From the IMG/VR virus record IMGVR_UViG_3300050821_004776: 56,021 nt of DNA, one strand, 5' to 3'. The translations under genes were made by a program, and so were the position numbers. Shown here piece by piece: positions 16,642-26,527 of this stretch. Origin of the DNA: an uncultured virus (IMG/VR IMGVR_UViG_3300050821_004776) (Duplodnaviria; Heunggongvirae; Uroviricota; Caudoviricetes). Position 1 is the stretch's first letter. Each line of letters begins with the position of its first letter. Below the pieces are notes generated by a model. It did no database searches. It saw only the letters and a list, made by a program, of their open reading frames with translations, and was not told the DNA's origin.

Positions 16642-17228
16642 TGGGCATAAGGCCCGCGCTATTCAATGACATTCCCGGTGACGTGCACGCCAGTAACCAG
16701 GAACTCGTTTACCGCTGGTGCGTGGCGAAGGGCTGGTACGACGAGCCGGTCCCGTTCCTTTCGGCTATGGCCCTCCTGGTCAGCGAGATCGCCGAGATCG
16801 CGGAGGACTACGGCAGGGAAGGACTTCTCGGCGGCTGGCAGGCAAGGCCGCACACGGCGTCAGAGTTCGCTGACTGCTACATCAGGCTCCTGGACTACTG
16901 TGAGCGCTACGGTATTGCCCTGGCAAAAGCCCGGGACATCTACCAGCACACGTATGTTCAGCCGGCAATCGGCTCGATGGACCGGGCGTGCATGTGCCTG
17001 GTACAGCTCGTCGTGAAGGCCATGGAGGCATACCGGGTGCACGGTCTTGTGTCCATCGGCGAGGCCAAGTTCGCGGCTGGCGCGGAGATCGCCAAGTGCC
17101 TTGCCCGCTTCTACATCCAGCTCCAGCACACATGCGACTTCTACGGCGTGGACCTGGCCAAGGAATTCGACAAGAAAATGGCCGTCAACTGGCAGCGGCC
17201 CTACCGGCACGGGAACAAGCATGCCTGA
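16641..17228 (+). CDS. mazG: MazG-like nucleotide pyrophosphohydrolase
   Basis: LLVSEIAEIAE...SEFADCYIRLLD...KKMAVNWQRPYRHG. Confidence 0.85.
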   Translation: MGIRPALFNDIPGDVHASNQELVYRWCVAKGWYDEPVPFLSAMALLVSEIAEIAEDYGREGLLGGWQARPHTASEFADCYIRLLDYCERYGIALAKARDIYQHTYVQPAIGSMDRACMCLVQLVVKAMEAYRVHGLVSIGEAKFAAGAEIAKCLARFYIQLQHTCDFYGVDLAKEFDKKMAVNWQRPYRHGNKHA

Positions 17229-17385
17229 CCCCTGGTGCCCTTGCGGCCACGGTCCTGATGACATCTGCCTCAACGGGCTGATCTACGAATCGTGCGGCGC
17301 GGACGTGTGCGAGGGCGCGTGCGCGGACACCGGCAGGTGCCAGGGGCTGCCCGGCTGCTGTAGTGAAAGGAGCAAGAAGGCGTGA
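17221..17385 (+). CDS. Small Cys-rich protein
   Basis: MPDPWCPCGHG...; tiles between neighbours. Confidence 0.55.
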   Translation: MPDPWCPCGHGPDDICLNGLIYESCGADVCEGACADTGRCQGLPGCCSERSKKA

Positions 17386-17630
17386 GCAAATCCCTGCACT
17401 GGAAGCACGTTCCGAAAGAGCCCGAGGACAATTACCTTTCCGACGCGCTGAAGGCGAAGCTGGCACAGCGGTACTGGCAGTACGGTGGCCCGCTGGGCGG
17501 TGATCCTGTTGAAGTCAACATCCGGAATATCCCCTATCTTCAGGGGCTCGCCGATTGCGGCATTGAGGACGCCGATACGCTTATCGGGCTCATCCGCGAG
17601 CATGGGGCCGTTCTGCTCTACATGGAGTAG
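17382..17630 (+). CDS. Hypothetical protein
   Basis: GTGA overlap. Confidence 0.75.
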   Translation: MSKSLHWKHVPKEPEDNYLSDALKAKLAQRYWQYGGPLGGDPVEVNIRNIPYLQGLADCGIEDADTLIGLIREHGAVLLYME

Positions 17631-17646
17631 GCGTATGCTGGCCGGT

Positions 17647-17940
17647 ATGACTACGCTAACGGCCGACGTAGACGAGCTTTCGCGGCAGGCGCACGACATC
17701 GCCGTGCGGAATCCTCCGAGCCGCGTCCTGGAGACTGCCATCCTGGGCGTCCTGTTCATGATCGGCTGGCTTCCGGGGCGCGTGTGGTTCCACGCCCAGA
17801 AGACGATCGTGTTCATGTTCCTGGCTGTCCGGCTCGGCTGGCGCAGGGGCATGAAGGCGCAGGTGGCTGCCACGCCAGCGGGACCGTCCCCCATGCAGCC
17901 CGGTCCCGCGAATACCATGACCTGGGTCGAAAAAGGCTGA
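17647..17940 (+). CDS. Membrane protein preceding portal
   Basis: TATGCT-N7-ATG; hydrophobic segments. Confidence 0.7.
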   Translation: MTTLTADVDELSRQAHDIAVRNPPSRVLETAILGVLFMIGWLPGRVWFHAQKTIVFMFLAVRLGWRRGMKAQVAATPAGPSPMQPGPANTMTWVEKG

Positions 17941-18008
17941 TCGTAGCTCGTTAACGACCCTTCCGCTACTCTTGACGTGAACACACTTCACGGAGAGAGG
18001 GGCGGCCG

Positions 18009-20786
18009 GTGGGTCTGCGCGAGGACATCAGGGCCTCTGCCGTAGAGCAGCGTGTCATCGGCGGCGTCCCCTGGGTTCCGTGGAATTCCCCGCTGTGGCG
18101 GTTCGATTCCGGCGGCCCTGTGCATCCTTCGCGGATGGTCACCGGCCCGGACACGGCTCTCGCTCTGCCCGCGCTGTACGCCGGGGTGAAGCTCCTCGCC
18201 GACAACGCCGCGTCGATGCCCCTGCGCGTCTACCTTCAGCAGATGGGCCGCGACGGCTATCCCGGCAAGCGCCTGTGGACCGGGCCGTCCATTTTCGACC
18301 AGCCGAGCGTCATCGGGACTACGTTCCACTGGATCAACTCCCTCATGGTCTCCGTGCTGCTACAGGGCAACGCCTGGGGCTGGATCACCGGCCGCGACAA
18401 TTACGGCTACCCGACTGGCATCGAGTGGATTCCGCCGCAGGATGTCTACGTCGATGAGCACGAGAACCAGCAGTCCTGGAACCCGCTGCGATCCCGGGTA
18501 TTCGTGTTCGGCCGCGAGGTCCGCTGGTTCGGTCCTGACGCCGAGGTGTTCCACATCGTCGGCCTGCCCATGCCCGGACGGATCGAGGGCATCTCCCCGC
18601 TCCGCCAGTTCGCGCTCACCATCACCGCCGGCACTGAGGCCCAGCGTTACGGCACCGACTGGTACGCCAGCGGCGGCTTCCCGCCAGGGACCTTCCAGAA
18701 CGCCGAGATCGAGGTGGACGCCGACCAGGCCGCGCACATGCGCGCTGAGCTGGTCAGGTCCCTGCGCCGCCGCGAGCCCCTGGTCTACGGGCGTGACTGG
18801 GACTACAAGCCGGTCACGGTCCCGCCGTCCGAGGCGCAGTTCCTGGATGCCATGCAGATGAACGCCACGCACGTCGCGGCCATCCTGAACCTCCCTCCGG
18901 ACCGCATCGGCGGCACCCGGGGCGATTCTTTGACCTACAACTGCGTGGACGCCGATACCGAGATCCTGACCACGCGCGGCTGGCTGCGCCACGATCAGGT
19001 GACTAGCCAGGACACAGCCCTGACCCTCAACACGGATACCGGCTCGGCCGAATGGCAGCCAGTCCAGTCTGTTCATGTATTCGATGAAGGACCGTACCCG
19101 GTGACCCGCTGGGAAAGCCAGAGCCACTCTTCTGTCTCCACCCCGAACCATCGCTGGCCGGTGATGATCAAGGGCCGGAAGAACAGTTCACGTACGGGTT
19201 ATCGCTGGCTGACTACGGAAACCGCGCCTACCGACTCGCATATCGCCGCTGCCGCGCCGGTTGTTCCGCCGGCTGAGGCGAAGTGGTCAGACGCGCTCGT
19301 TGAGCTGGTCGCCTGGTTCTGGACCGAGGGCTGGCATAACGCATACGGCAGTGTATCGATCGCGCAGTCAGATAGCGTGAATCCGCAGAACGTCATCCGC
19401 ATCAGGCAGGCGCTCACTGAAGTATTCGGGCCATCCGGCGCGCTTCAGGTTCGTGCTGTCCCGTCCTGGCGCGAAGATCCTGGTGACAACGCCGTGCACT
19501 TCCGGCTGAATGCCAAGGCCGGACGCCAGCTCCTCGCCCATGCTCCGGGCAAGGTCGTGACGACGGAATTCCTCAGCCAGCTCACCCGGGCGCAACTGGA
19601 ACTGTTCTACCAGACATCGATTGATGCGGATGGCACACGACGTCCCGGTGACACAGGCGATGTGATGGTGCAGAAGGACCGGGCGCGGCTGGACGCCTTC
19701 CAGATCGCGGCGGCCCTGACGGGGCGGGCTGGTGTCGTCTGCGGGCCGAACAGCCGGGGCATGTATCACATGAGCGTGAAGGTTATGCCATGGGTGAAGC
19801 CAAAGGGGCATGCCCAGTACATCTCGGCTGAGACCACGGATCTTGTCTGGTGCGTCCAGACCCCGAACAAGAGCTGGTTCGCGCGCAGGAACGGCACTTG
19901 CTATTTCACCGGGAATACCACGGAACAATCCACTCTCCAGATCATTGAAGCGCTGCGGCCATGGCTCGTCAACATGGAACAGTCGTTCTCGCAATTCCTG
20001 CTGCCGCGCAACCGCATGTCGAAATTCTTCACTGACGCGCTCCTGAAGACCGACATGGAAGCGCGCATGACGATGTACCAGATTCAGCGGAACATCGGCC
20101 TGCGGACCGTGAATGAACTGCGTGATCTCGAAGACCTGCCCCCCATTGCCGGTGATATCGGGAATGAAGTACTCCCGCTTACCACCATGAATGCCATGGG
20201 CACCCGCGCCGGCGTTATCCCCAAGTCGTTCATGAAGGCCGTGGTCCTGGAAATGGACGTCGCGACCGACCGCCTGATCAAGCTGGAGAAGTACATCATC
20301 CCCCAGCTCACCGCGCAGGGCTACAACGTCCAGGCTGAGCCTCCGGCTCCGGCTGGCGGGGGGAGTTCAGGGTCCGGCAGCACCTTCGCGAATACGCCAG
20401 TAGGCGGATCGGGCCGTGCCAACGGCGGGTTCGGGGTTCCGCCCGGCAATACCTACGGGCAGGGCCAGCCGCTTACCGAGACGGTCGGCGGGCGCACGGG
20501 AACTCCCATCGGGCGGCCTAACCAGCCGCTGCCCCTGGCGCAGGACCCCGCGAGCTTCCTGGCGTCGCTGATCTCGGTCCAGCGCAATGCGGACCTGCCG
20601 TACGAGGTGCGGCTGGCCTCCCAGGAACTCCTGCTTGAGATCGCGGAAAAGCAGGCGCAGATCGCTGAGCACGAACCGGACCTGGACATTCCCGACCACC
20701 ACCTGTACGCGCCTTTCGTGCCGGGCCGCGCGGACGTCCGGGACATGGTTATGAGCACCAACGGAAAGGGAAGGGGACACCTCTGA
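18009..20786 (+). CDS. HK97-family portal protein, intein-interrupted
   Basis: VLLQGNAWG, GISPL, SEAQFLDAMQMNATHVAAILNLPP, LRTVNELRDLEDLPP. Confidence 0.95.
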   Translation: MGLREDIRASAVEQRVIGGVPWVPWNSPLWRFDSGGPVHPSRMVTGPDTALALPALYAGVKLLADNAASMPLRVYLQQMGRDGYPGKRLWTGPSIFDQPSVIGTTFHWINSLMVSVLLQGNAWGWITGRDNYGYPTGIEWIPPQDVYVDEHENQQSWNPLRSRVFVFGREVRWFGPDAEVFHIVGLPMPGRIEGISPLRQFALTITAGTEAQRYGTDWYASGGFPPGTFQNAEIEVDADQAAHMRAELVRSLRRREPLVYGRDWDYKPVTVPPSEAQFLDAMQMNATHVAAILNLPPDRIGGTRGDSLTYNCVDADTEILTTRGWLRHDQVTSQDTALTLNTDTGSAEWQPVQSVHVFDEGPYPVTRWESQSHSSVSTPNHRWPVMIKGRKNSSRTGYRWLTTETAPTDSHIAAAAPVVPPAEAKWSDALVELVAWFWTEGWHNAYGSVSIAQSDSVNPQNVIRIRQALTEVFGPSGALQVRAVPSWREDPGDNAVHFRLNAKAGRQLLAHAPGKVVTTEFLSQLTRAQLELFYQTSIDADGTRRPGDTGDVMVQKDRARLDAFQIAAALTGRAGVVCGPNSRGMYHMSVKVMPWVKPKGHAQYISAETTDLVWCVQTPNKSWFARRNGTCYFTGNTTEQSTLQIIEALRPWLVNMEQSFSQFLLPRNRMSKFFTDALLKTDMEARMTMYQIQRNIGLRTVNELRDLEDLPPIAGDIGNEVLPLTTMNAMGTRAGVIPKSFMKAVVLEMDVATDRLIKLEKYIIPQLTAQGYNVQAEPPAPAGGGSSGSGSTFANTPVGGSGRANGGFGVPPGNTYGQGQPLTETVGGRTGTPIGRPNQPLPLAQDPASFLASLISVQRNADLPYEVRLASQELLLEIAEKQAQIAEHEPDLDIPDHHLYAPFVPGRADVRDMVMSTNGKGRGHL
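18942..19916 (+). mobile_element. Intein (325 aa) with LAGLIDADG-like endonuclease remnant
   Basis: N|CVDADTEILT...TPNHRW...WCVQTPNKSWFARRNGTCYFTGN|T; AWFWTEG and SIDADG motifs. Confidence 0.92.
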
Positions 20787-20986
20787 TGTGGCCTGAAATG
20801 ATTCAGTTCGATGAAGTAAAGGCCCGTCTGATCGGCGAGGGCGTGCCGGTTGAGCGTGTCCTGGCGATCCACTCCGAACTGCGGTTCCTGCCGCTCGGCG
20901 CGCGGTACCTGATCGAGCGCCCTGAGGGCGACCTCGCGCTGCTGGCGCAGGGGACCGGCTGGTACAAGACCGAAGCTGTTGCGTGA
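20786..20986 (+). CDS. Hypothetical protein
   Basis: TGATG overlap. Confidence 0.6.
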   Translation: MWPEMIQFDEVKARLIGEGVPVERVLAIHSELRFLPLGARYLIERPEGDLALLAQGTGWYKTEAVA

Positions 20987-21046
20987 CTACACAGCCGCTT
21001 CTACCCTGGACGTGAAGACCCGTGTGTCTGTGAAGGGATGTAATCG

Positions 21047-22447
21047 ATGTCCGAGGACAGGGCAAAGCTGTCGAGCGCTGAGCGCAACGCTCTGCCTGAT
21101 TCGGCGTTCGCGTACATCGATGAAAAGGGAGAGCGTCACTTCCCGATCCATAACAAGGCGCATGTGGTCGCAGCGCTACGGCTCGGCCCGCGTTCGCCCA
21201 TGTGGTCCAAAGCAAAGGGAAAGGTCATGGCTGCTGCTAAGAAGTACGGGGTCGGCACCGACACTGACACCGACGCCGGCCGCTCGCTGGAGTCGCTGTG
21301 GCCGGAAGTGCGGTTCATCCAGTCGCCGCCCGAACTGAGGTCTGCGGGCGAAGGCGAGCCGACGCACATCACCGGTCACGCCGCCGTGTTCGAGAAGGTC
21401 TCCCGCCGTCTCGGCAACTTCCATGAGAAGGTCATGCGGACGGCGTTCGACCAGTCGAGCAAGGAAGGCTGGCCCGGCGTCATCTGCCGGTTCAACCACC
21501 GTGACGACATGCTCCTGGGCACCACCGACGCCGATACGCTGCGCTGCGCGATCGATGAGACCGGCCTGGCCTACGACGTGATCCCGCCGAACCATCGCGG
21601 TGACGTCACGGAGCTGGTGGAGCGCCGTGATGTGCGCTACTCCTCTTTCGCGTTCCGCGTCCCCAAGCCCGGTGAGGACGACTCCTGGGAAGAGTCTGAG
21701 TACGGGCTGCCCATGAGGTCACTTCACAGGGTGGAGACCGTGGACGTCGCTCCGGTCACCGACCCCGCCTACCGCGACACCACGGCGGCGGCCCGGAACA
21801 TCTCCGGCGCGATCGAGTCGCTGGCATCCTGGGTGGACGGCGACCCCGCCGAGATCCGCAGCATCCTCGAAGCCGGCCAGGCCAAGCGCCTCTTCCACCG
21901 GTCCGACCGCCCGAGCGCGCCTGCCCTGGACAAGAGGTCGGCGCAGGAGCGCGAGGAGACCCGCGTGCTGGATGATCCCGCCGTGTCGCTGCGCTCCGGG
22001 AAGGCCGCCGCAGAGCCCGTGCCCGAGGGGGACACCATGGTCCCCGAGGACGAGCGCGCCATCCGGTCCGAGGACGAGATCCGCGCGGCGATGAAGCCCA
22101 AGTCCACTGACCAGCTCTGCATGCGGTTCCACCACGGCGAGCCGTGCGTCCGGCCCACGGGTCACGCCGCTGACGGCCCGCACGCCGAAGAGGGCGGTCA
22201 CGCCGGGCTCTGCTGGGGCCGTCACGACGGGCTGCCCTGCAATCAGCACGAGGGGCATGAGGGGCAGCACACGCCCATGACCGTGGCCTCCCGTGACGGC
22301 GCGGCAGCGGGCGGAGAGCCCGAGACCCGGTCCGAAGAGCCCGTTACCGATCCGGTGCCCGAGCCGCCGAAGAACCTGTCGGCGGCTGAGGCGCTCGTTA
22401 AGCTCGCGGAAAGGCGCAAGAGCCTCACCGCGCTTGACGGCGAATGA
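21047..22447 (+). CDS. HK97-type prohead protease with DUF6582-like N-terminus and long C-terminal extension
   Basis: RFNH, YSSFAF, DVAPVTDPAYRDT; N-terminal ERNALPDSAFAY...FPIHNKAHV. Confidence 0.9.
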   Translation: MSEDRAKLSSAERNALPDSAFAYIDEKGERHFPIHNKAHVVAALRLGPRSPMWSKAKGKVMAAAKKYGVGTDTDTDAGRSLESLWPEVRFIQSPPELRSAGEGEPTHITGHAAVFEKVSRRLGNFHEKVMRTAFDQSSKEGWPGVICRFNHRDDMLLGTTDADTLRCAIDETGLAYDVIPPNHRGDVTELVERRDVRYSSFAFRVPKPGEDDSWEESEYGLPMRSLHRVETVDVAPVTDPAYRDTTAAARNISGAIESLASWVDGDPAEIRSILEAGQAKRLFHRSDRPSAPALDKRSAQEREETRVLDDPAVSLRSGKAAAEPVPEGDTMVPEDERAIRSEDEIRAAMKPKSTDQLCMRFHHGEPCVRPTGHAADGPHAEEGGHAGLCWGRHDGLPCNQHEGHEGQHTPMTVASRDGAAAGGEPETRSEEPVTDPVPEPPKNLSAAEALVKLAERRKSLTALDGE

Positions 22448-22454
22448 GTTTCCG

Positions 22455-22483
22455 GGGGACTGTTGCACGACTAAACAGTCCCC
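22455..22483 (+). terminator. Hairpin after the protease gene
   Basis: GGGGACTGTT...AACAGTCCCC. Confidence 0.5.
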
Positions 22484-22570
22484 CATAACCTGGATAGTGC
22501 AAGATCTGCTGAGGCCGTCGCGCACCCGCGCCCGGAGCCGGTGTTGATTCTCTTACCGAAAGGGAAGACA

Positions 22571-23935
22571 ATGCCCTCCGAAGTTGCCAAGCGCCTCCAT
22601 GAGGAGGTGCAGCGGGTCTACAAGGAGATCGAGGGCCTTTCGTTCAAGGCCGCCGATGAGCGTCGCGGTTTCAGTGACGAAGAGCAGAAGTCCTGGGACG
22701 ACCTGCACACCGCGCTCGACAACAGCGACCTGCGGCTCAAGCAGGTCCTGGCCGACGAGAAGCGCGCGTACGAGGCCGACGAGTCGTTCAACGCGCTTGA
22801 CCAGCGGCGCGCTGACCCGTCGATGACCCAGCCGGCGAACGCCTTCGAGGCTGAGCTGCGTTCCTTCGCCCGGGGCGAACGTGACCCGCAGACCGGTGAC
22901 CGCAAGGCCCTGGAGGTCTCGTCCACGGGGTCGCGGATCATGCGCAAGCTGGCCATGGGCCGCCCCATGTCCCCCACTGAAGTCCGTGTCCTGACGGACG
23001 GCTACGTCGGCAACGTGCCGACCACCTCCGGCGGCATCGTCCCGATCGACTTCTACGACCAGCTCCTGTCGTACCTGATCGAAGTTTCCGGGGTCATGCA
23101 GACCGGCCCGACCGTGCTCAACACCGTGGGCGGCGAGCCGATCCAGGTCCCGATCGTCAACCAGCACACCGGCCTCACCTCGGCCGGCGGGCAGGTCAAC
23201 GTCTCGGCCGGCCAGGGCGCTACGCTTCCGGGCGCTGACCCGGTGTTCGCGCAGAAGACCCTGACCGCCAACAAGTTCGGCATCATGATCCAGGTGTCGC
23301 GCGAGCTGATCGATGACTCGGGCGTCAACCTGCTGGGCTACCTGGCCATGTCGGCGGGCCGCGCGCTGGGCAACCAGCTCGGCAGCGTTCTCGTCAACGG
23401 CGGTGAGGGAATCTCCAACGGCATCCTCGTCGCGCCGGTCGCGATCACCGGCCCGGCCTCGGCCTCGGCGAACAGTGCGCTGACGGCGCAGGGCATCGTG
23501 GAAGGCGGACCGACTTACGCCAACCTGGTGGACATGGAGTACTCCGTGATCGCCCCGTACCGTCAGTCCCGGTCCTGCTACTGGCTCGCGGCGGACAAGA
23601 CCCTGGGCGTCCTGCGGAAGATCACCGATACTGTCGGCCGCCCGATCTGGGAGCCGTCTACCGTCCTCGGTGCCCCGGACCTGCTGCTGGGCAAGCCCCT
23701 GGTGGCGGACCCGTTCATGCCGGCGATCGGCGGGGCAAGCAAGTCCATCGTGTTCGGGGACTTCTCGCAGTACTTCGTCCGCATGGTCGGCGGAGTGCGG
23801 TTCGAGCGGTCTGACGACTTCGCCTTCAACCAGGACCTGGTGTCCTTCCGGGCACTGATCCGCGCGGACGGCAACCTCATGAACCCGCCTTCGGTGTCGC
23901 CGCAGCCCCTCGCGGTCTTCCAGGGTGGTAACTGA
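22571..23935 (+). CDS. Major capsid protein (HK97 fold)
   Basis: GGIVPIDF, VSRELIDDS, LLGKPLV, VFGDFSQY, DLVSFRALIRADG. Confidence 0.95.
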   Translation: MPSEVAKRLHEEVQRVYKEIEGLSFKAADERRGFSDEEQKSWDDLHTALDNSDLRLKQVLADEKRAYEADESFNALDQRRADPSMTQPANAFEAELRSFARGERDPQTGDRKALEVSSTGSRIMRKLAMGRPMSPTEVRVLTDGYVGNVPTTSGGIVPIDFYDQLLSYLIEVSGVMQTGPTVLNTVGGEPIQVPIVNQHTGLTSAGGQVNVSAGQGATLPGADPVFAQKTLTANKFGIMIQVSRELIDDSGVNLLGYLAMSAGRALGNQLGSVLVNGGEGISNGILVAPVAITGPASASANSALTAQGIVEGGPTYANLVDMEYSVIAPYRQSRSCYWLAADKTLGVLRKITDTVGRPIWEPSTVLGAPDLLLGKPLVADPFMPAIGGASKSIVFGDFSQYFVRMVGGVRFERSDDFAFNQDLVSFRALIRADGNLMNPPSVSPQPLAVFQGGN

Positions 23936-24002
23936 TCTAGCCGTGCCGAATCCGTCATCAGCAGCTATGCTGGTGGCGGATTCGCCGTTCCAGGAGGCCA
24001 TT

Positions 24003-24401
24003 ATGCGTCACGTACGACTTACCAGTGCCGTCAAGATGGACGAGCCATTTCTTGTCGGTGACGTAGGCAATGAGCCGTTTCTTGACGACCTGACCGCGAT
24101 CTTTGCCGTGAGCCATCATCTCGCGGTGTTCCTGGATGAAGAGGCCCGGCCAGGAACCGGCACTACCCGTGCTGAGCTGGAAGTGCAGGAAGCTGAGCTG
24201 GCGCTCAAGGAAGCGAACGCCGACGTAGCCGAAGAGAAAATCGAAGAAGGCCGCGCGGACGAGGTCAAGAGGCCATATGGCAATGCCCCGAAATCGGCCT
24301 GGGTCCGGTATGCCACGGCTGTCGATGCGGGGCTGTCACCGGAACGCGCTGAGGGCATGACCAAGGCGGACCTGATGAGCAGGTACGGGGAAAGGATTTA
24401 G
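24003..24401 (+). CDS. Hypothetical head-associated protein
   Basis: GGAGG RBS; C-terminal PKSAWVRYA...TKADLM. Confidence 0.75.
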   Translation: MRHVRLTSAVKMDEPFLVGDVGNEPFLDDLTAIFAVSHHLAVFLDEEARPGTGTTRAELEVQEAELALKEANADVAEEKIEEGRADEVKRPYGNAPKSAWVRYATAVDAGLSPERAEGMTKADLMSRYGERI

Positions 24402-24467
24402 CCACTACCCTAGCCGTGCGTGCCGTCCTACACTGAGTGGGAAGACCCTCTGTGAAAGGACATCATC

Positions 24468-25079
24468 GTGGCAACTGTGCAAGACGGTACCAACCCTGGC
24501 CGCCAGGGTGGGCGTCCGCAGCGCCAGTCGCCGGCCCCGCAGCGGCAGGGTCGCAACACTGACGGTACGGACCCGACCGAGCAGACCGGCCAGACCCCGT
24601 CCGAGATCTTCGGCTTCTCCCAGAGCTACAGCACCGGGGCTCCGGGCTCCTCGCCGCACGGGGCGCGCTCGTCCGACGTGACGATCCAGCCCGGCCAGCT
24701 CGATGACGGCCTCTCCGGCGTCACCGCCGCCGAGATCACCGACACCGGCCTGCCCGGCTCCCAGGGGGCGTCTAACTCCAACGGCGGCCCGGACAGCATC
24801 CGCTACACCGACCCGTTCGGGTACATGGGCAACGAGCACCGTGACTCCCACACCTCCGCGCACGTCGGCGGTACCGGTGACTGGACGCAGGCCAACGACA
24901 TGGGTTACGACTCCGGCCCGACGCTGCCCGCTCTCGAAGGCAACCGGCCGCTGAGCACGGGTGCCGGCGGCGGTTCCGTGGTGGGCGCGTCCCACCCGGA
25001 CGCCATGTCCAAGGGACCGCAGCCGCGTAACGGCAACGGCCAGGCCGCCGGCCCGCGTCACCCCGACGCCGGACGCTGA
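24468..25079 (+). CDS. Gly/Thr/Pro-rich hypothetical protein
   Basis: GAAAGGA RBS; strong GC3 bias. Confidence 0.8.
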   Translation: MATVQDGTNPGRQGGRPQRQSPAPQRQGRNTDGTDPTEQTGQTPSEIFGFSQSYSTGAPGSSPHGARSSDVTIQPGQLDDGLSGVTAAEITDTGLPGSQGASNSNGGPDSIRYTDPFGYMGNEHRDSHTSAHVGGTGDWTQANDMGYDSGPTLPALEGNRPLSTGAGGGSVVGASHPDAMSKGPQPRNGNGQAAGPRHPDAGR

Positions 25080-25263
25080 TCAATGGTCGCGCGAATCGGA
25101 GCCGTCCCGTGGAAGGGCCACCCGTTCCTGCCGTCTGCCCTGGAAACCCCGGGGCAGGGCGGCGCGGTCGGCCCGCTCCACGGCCGGCACGACGAGGGCG
25201 CGGCCATGCCCGAAGACGCTCAGCCGACACCGGCCTCGAACTGGCCGCAGGAGGTGACCACCG

Positions 25264-25569
25264 ATGACGTTTCCCCAGAAGCCGACAGTACGGGACCTGA
25301 GTGACCTCAAGGAACTCAAGAGCTTCCCGTCATTCAGCAGCTCGATGGCCGGCGGCAACATGGTCACGCAGAAGAGCGAGGACTTCGCCGGCCAGGGGTC
25401 CGACTCTGAGGCTTCGCACGACGTCGTGGCCCGCGAGATGACTGACTTCGGCAACGCGCAGAAAACCCCCGATCTGCCGGGGCCGGAGACGCCAGCCAGT
25501 GAGCTGGGCACCGCCGAAAAGGGAACCGGCTGGACGCCGGCACCCCCCGCGTGGAAGGAACTGACCTGA
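25264..25569 (+). CDS. Hypothetical protein
   Basis: AGGAGGT RBS. Confidence 0.8.
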   Translation: MTFPQKPTVRDLSDLKELKSFPSFSSSMAGGNMVTQKSEDFAGQGSDSEASHDVVAREMTDFGNAQKTPDLPGPETPASELGTAEKGTGWTPAPPAWKELT

Positions 25570-25570
25570 A

Positions 25571-25804
25571 ATGGCCTATACCGCAACTGGCGCAAACACC
25601 GGAGCCACGGCGGCGGCGATTGTCGCTGCGGCAGTCTCCGGTGTCGTCTACACCGATGCAGTCAACAACGCCATCGCTACGCTCGGCTGGTGCCCTGTGG
25701 GTACTCAGGCGTTCGTCAACGGCACGCTAGTGAAAGTGACGACCAGCGCGGGCGCGGGTTCTGCCCCCCTGTTCTCTTATGACACGGGCGGCGCTGTCAC
25801 CTGA
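25571..25804 (+). CDS. Ala/Thr-rich small protein (possible virion component)
   Basis: ORF track; AAGGA RBS. Confidence 0.75.
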   Translation: MAYTATGANTGATAAAIVAAAVSGVVYTDAVNNAIATLGWCPVGTQAFVNGTLVKVTTSAGAGSAPLFSYDTGGAVT

Positions 25805-25824
25805 TCTCCGGAAGGTAGAGGAAA

Positions 25825-26238
25825 ATGGGTTTCACGACAAACAGGACCACGCCGCAGATGGCGGCTGTCCTGGTGACCGCCGGGGCGCTGCCCGACCAGG
25901 CGCTTACCGTCCTGCATTCGGACGGCTGGCGGCCCAACTTCCCGCAGTCCCACTGGGGTGTCCTCGTCCAGGCTACGGGCGGCTGGAAGGACGGAATCGA
26001 CTCGGTGTGGGAATACGACCTCACGCCCAGTTTCGCCGGGCACACCAACCAGACGCTCGCGCAGGCCGCCGCCGCCCTGGTGACCGCCGGAGCCCTGGCC
26101 GACCAGGCCACAGCCGCCGTGCATTCCCTGGCCTGGACGCCTAACCGGGCCGTCAACCTCTGGGGCGTCTTCGTGCAGTGCACCAGCGGGTGGAACAGCG
26201 GCGCGCCGGTCTTTCAGTACAGTACGAGCCCGAGCTGA
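25825..26238 (+). CDS. Internally duplicated hypothetical protein
   Basis: Two copies of LVTAGAL.DQA...HS..W.PN....WGV.VQ.T.GW. Confidence 0.85.
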   Translation: MGFTTNRTTPQMAAVLVTAGALPDQALTVLHSDGWRPNFPQSHWGVLVQATGGWKDGIDSVWEYDLTPSFAGHTNQTLAQAAAALVTAGALADQATAAVHSLAWTPNRAVNLWGVFVQCTSGWNSGAPVFQYSTSPS

Positions 26239-26248
26239 GGAGAAGCGA

Positions 26249-26527
26249 ATGGCTACCACGTGGGGTCCGGTAGAGCACCCCGAGCAGCACAGCGTCAAGG
26301 GCATCGCCGCGCAGGCGGAAGGTGCTGTCACCGAGCCGCACCCGGGCAACCGCACTGCCGGAGCGCCGGGCACGAGCGAGAACTATGACGCCACGGACGG
26401 ACGGCACACCCTGGCCGACCACCAGGGCTGGGAGAGCGTAGACCCGCGCTCCGGCGAGGCGGTGGACGACAGCGGGCACGCGACGCGGCGATTCCCGGAT
26501 GGTCCGGGAAAATGGAGGCAGACGTGA
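26249..26527 (+). CDS. Hypothetical protein
   Basis: GAGGAG RBS. Confidence 0.8.
   Translation: MATTWGPVEHPEQHSVKGIAAQAEGAVTEPHPGNRTAGAPGTSENYDATDGRHTLADHQGWESVDPRSGEAVDDSGHATRRFPDGPGKWRQT

Noticed and set aside
22553..24001. 482-aa minus-strand ORF
   Set aside because: Antisense shadow of the capsid gene
25083..25304. 73-aa ORF
   Set aside because: Weak RBS and overlaps the better-supported 25264 gene; may be real but is unsupported
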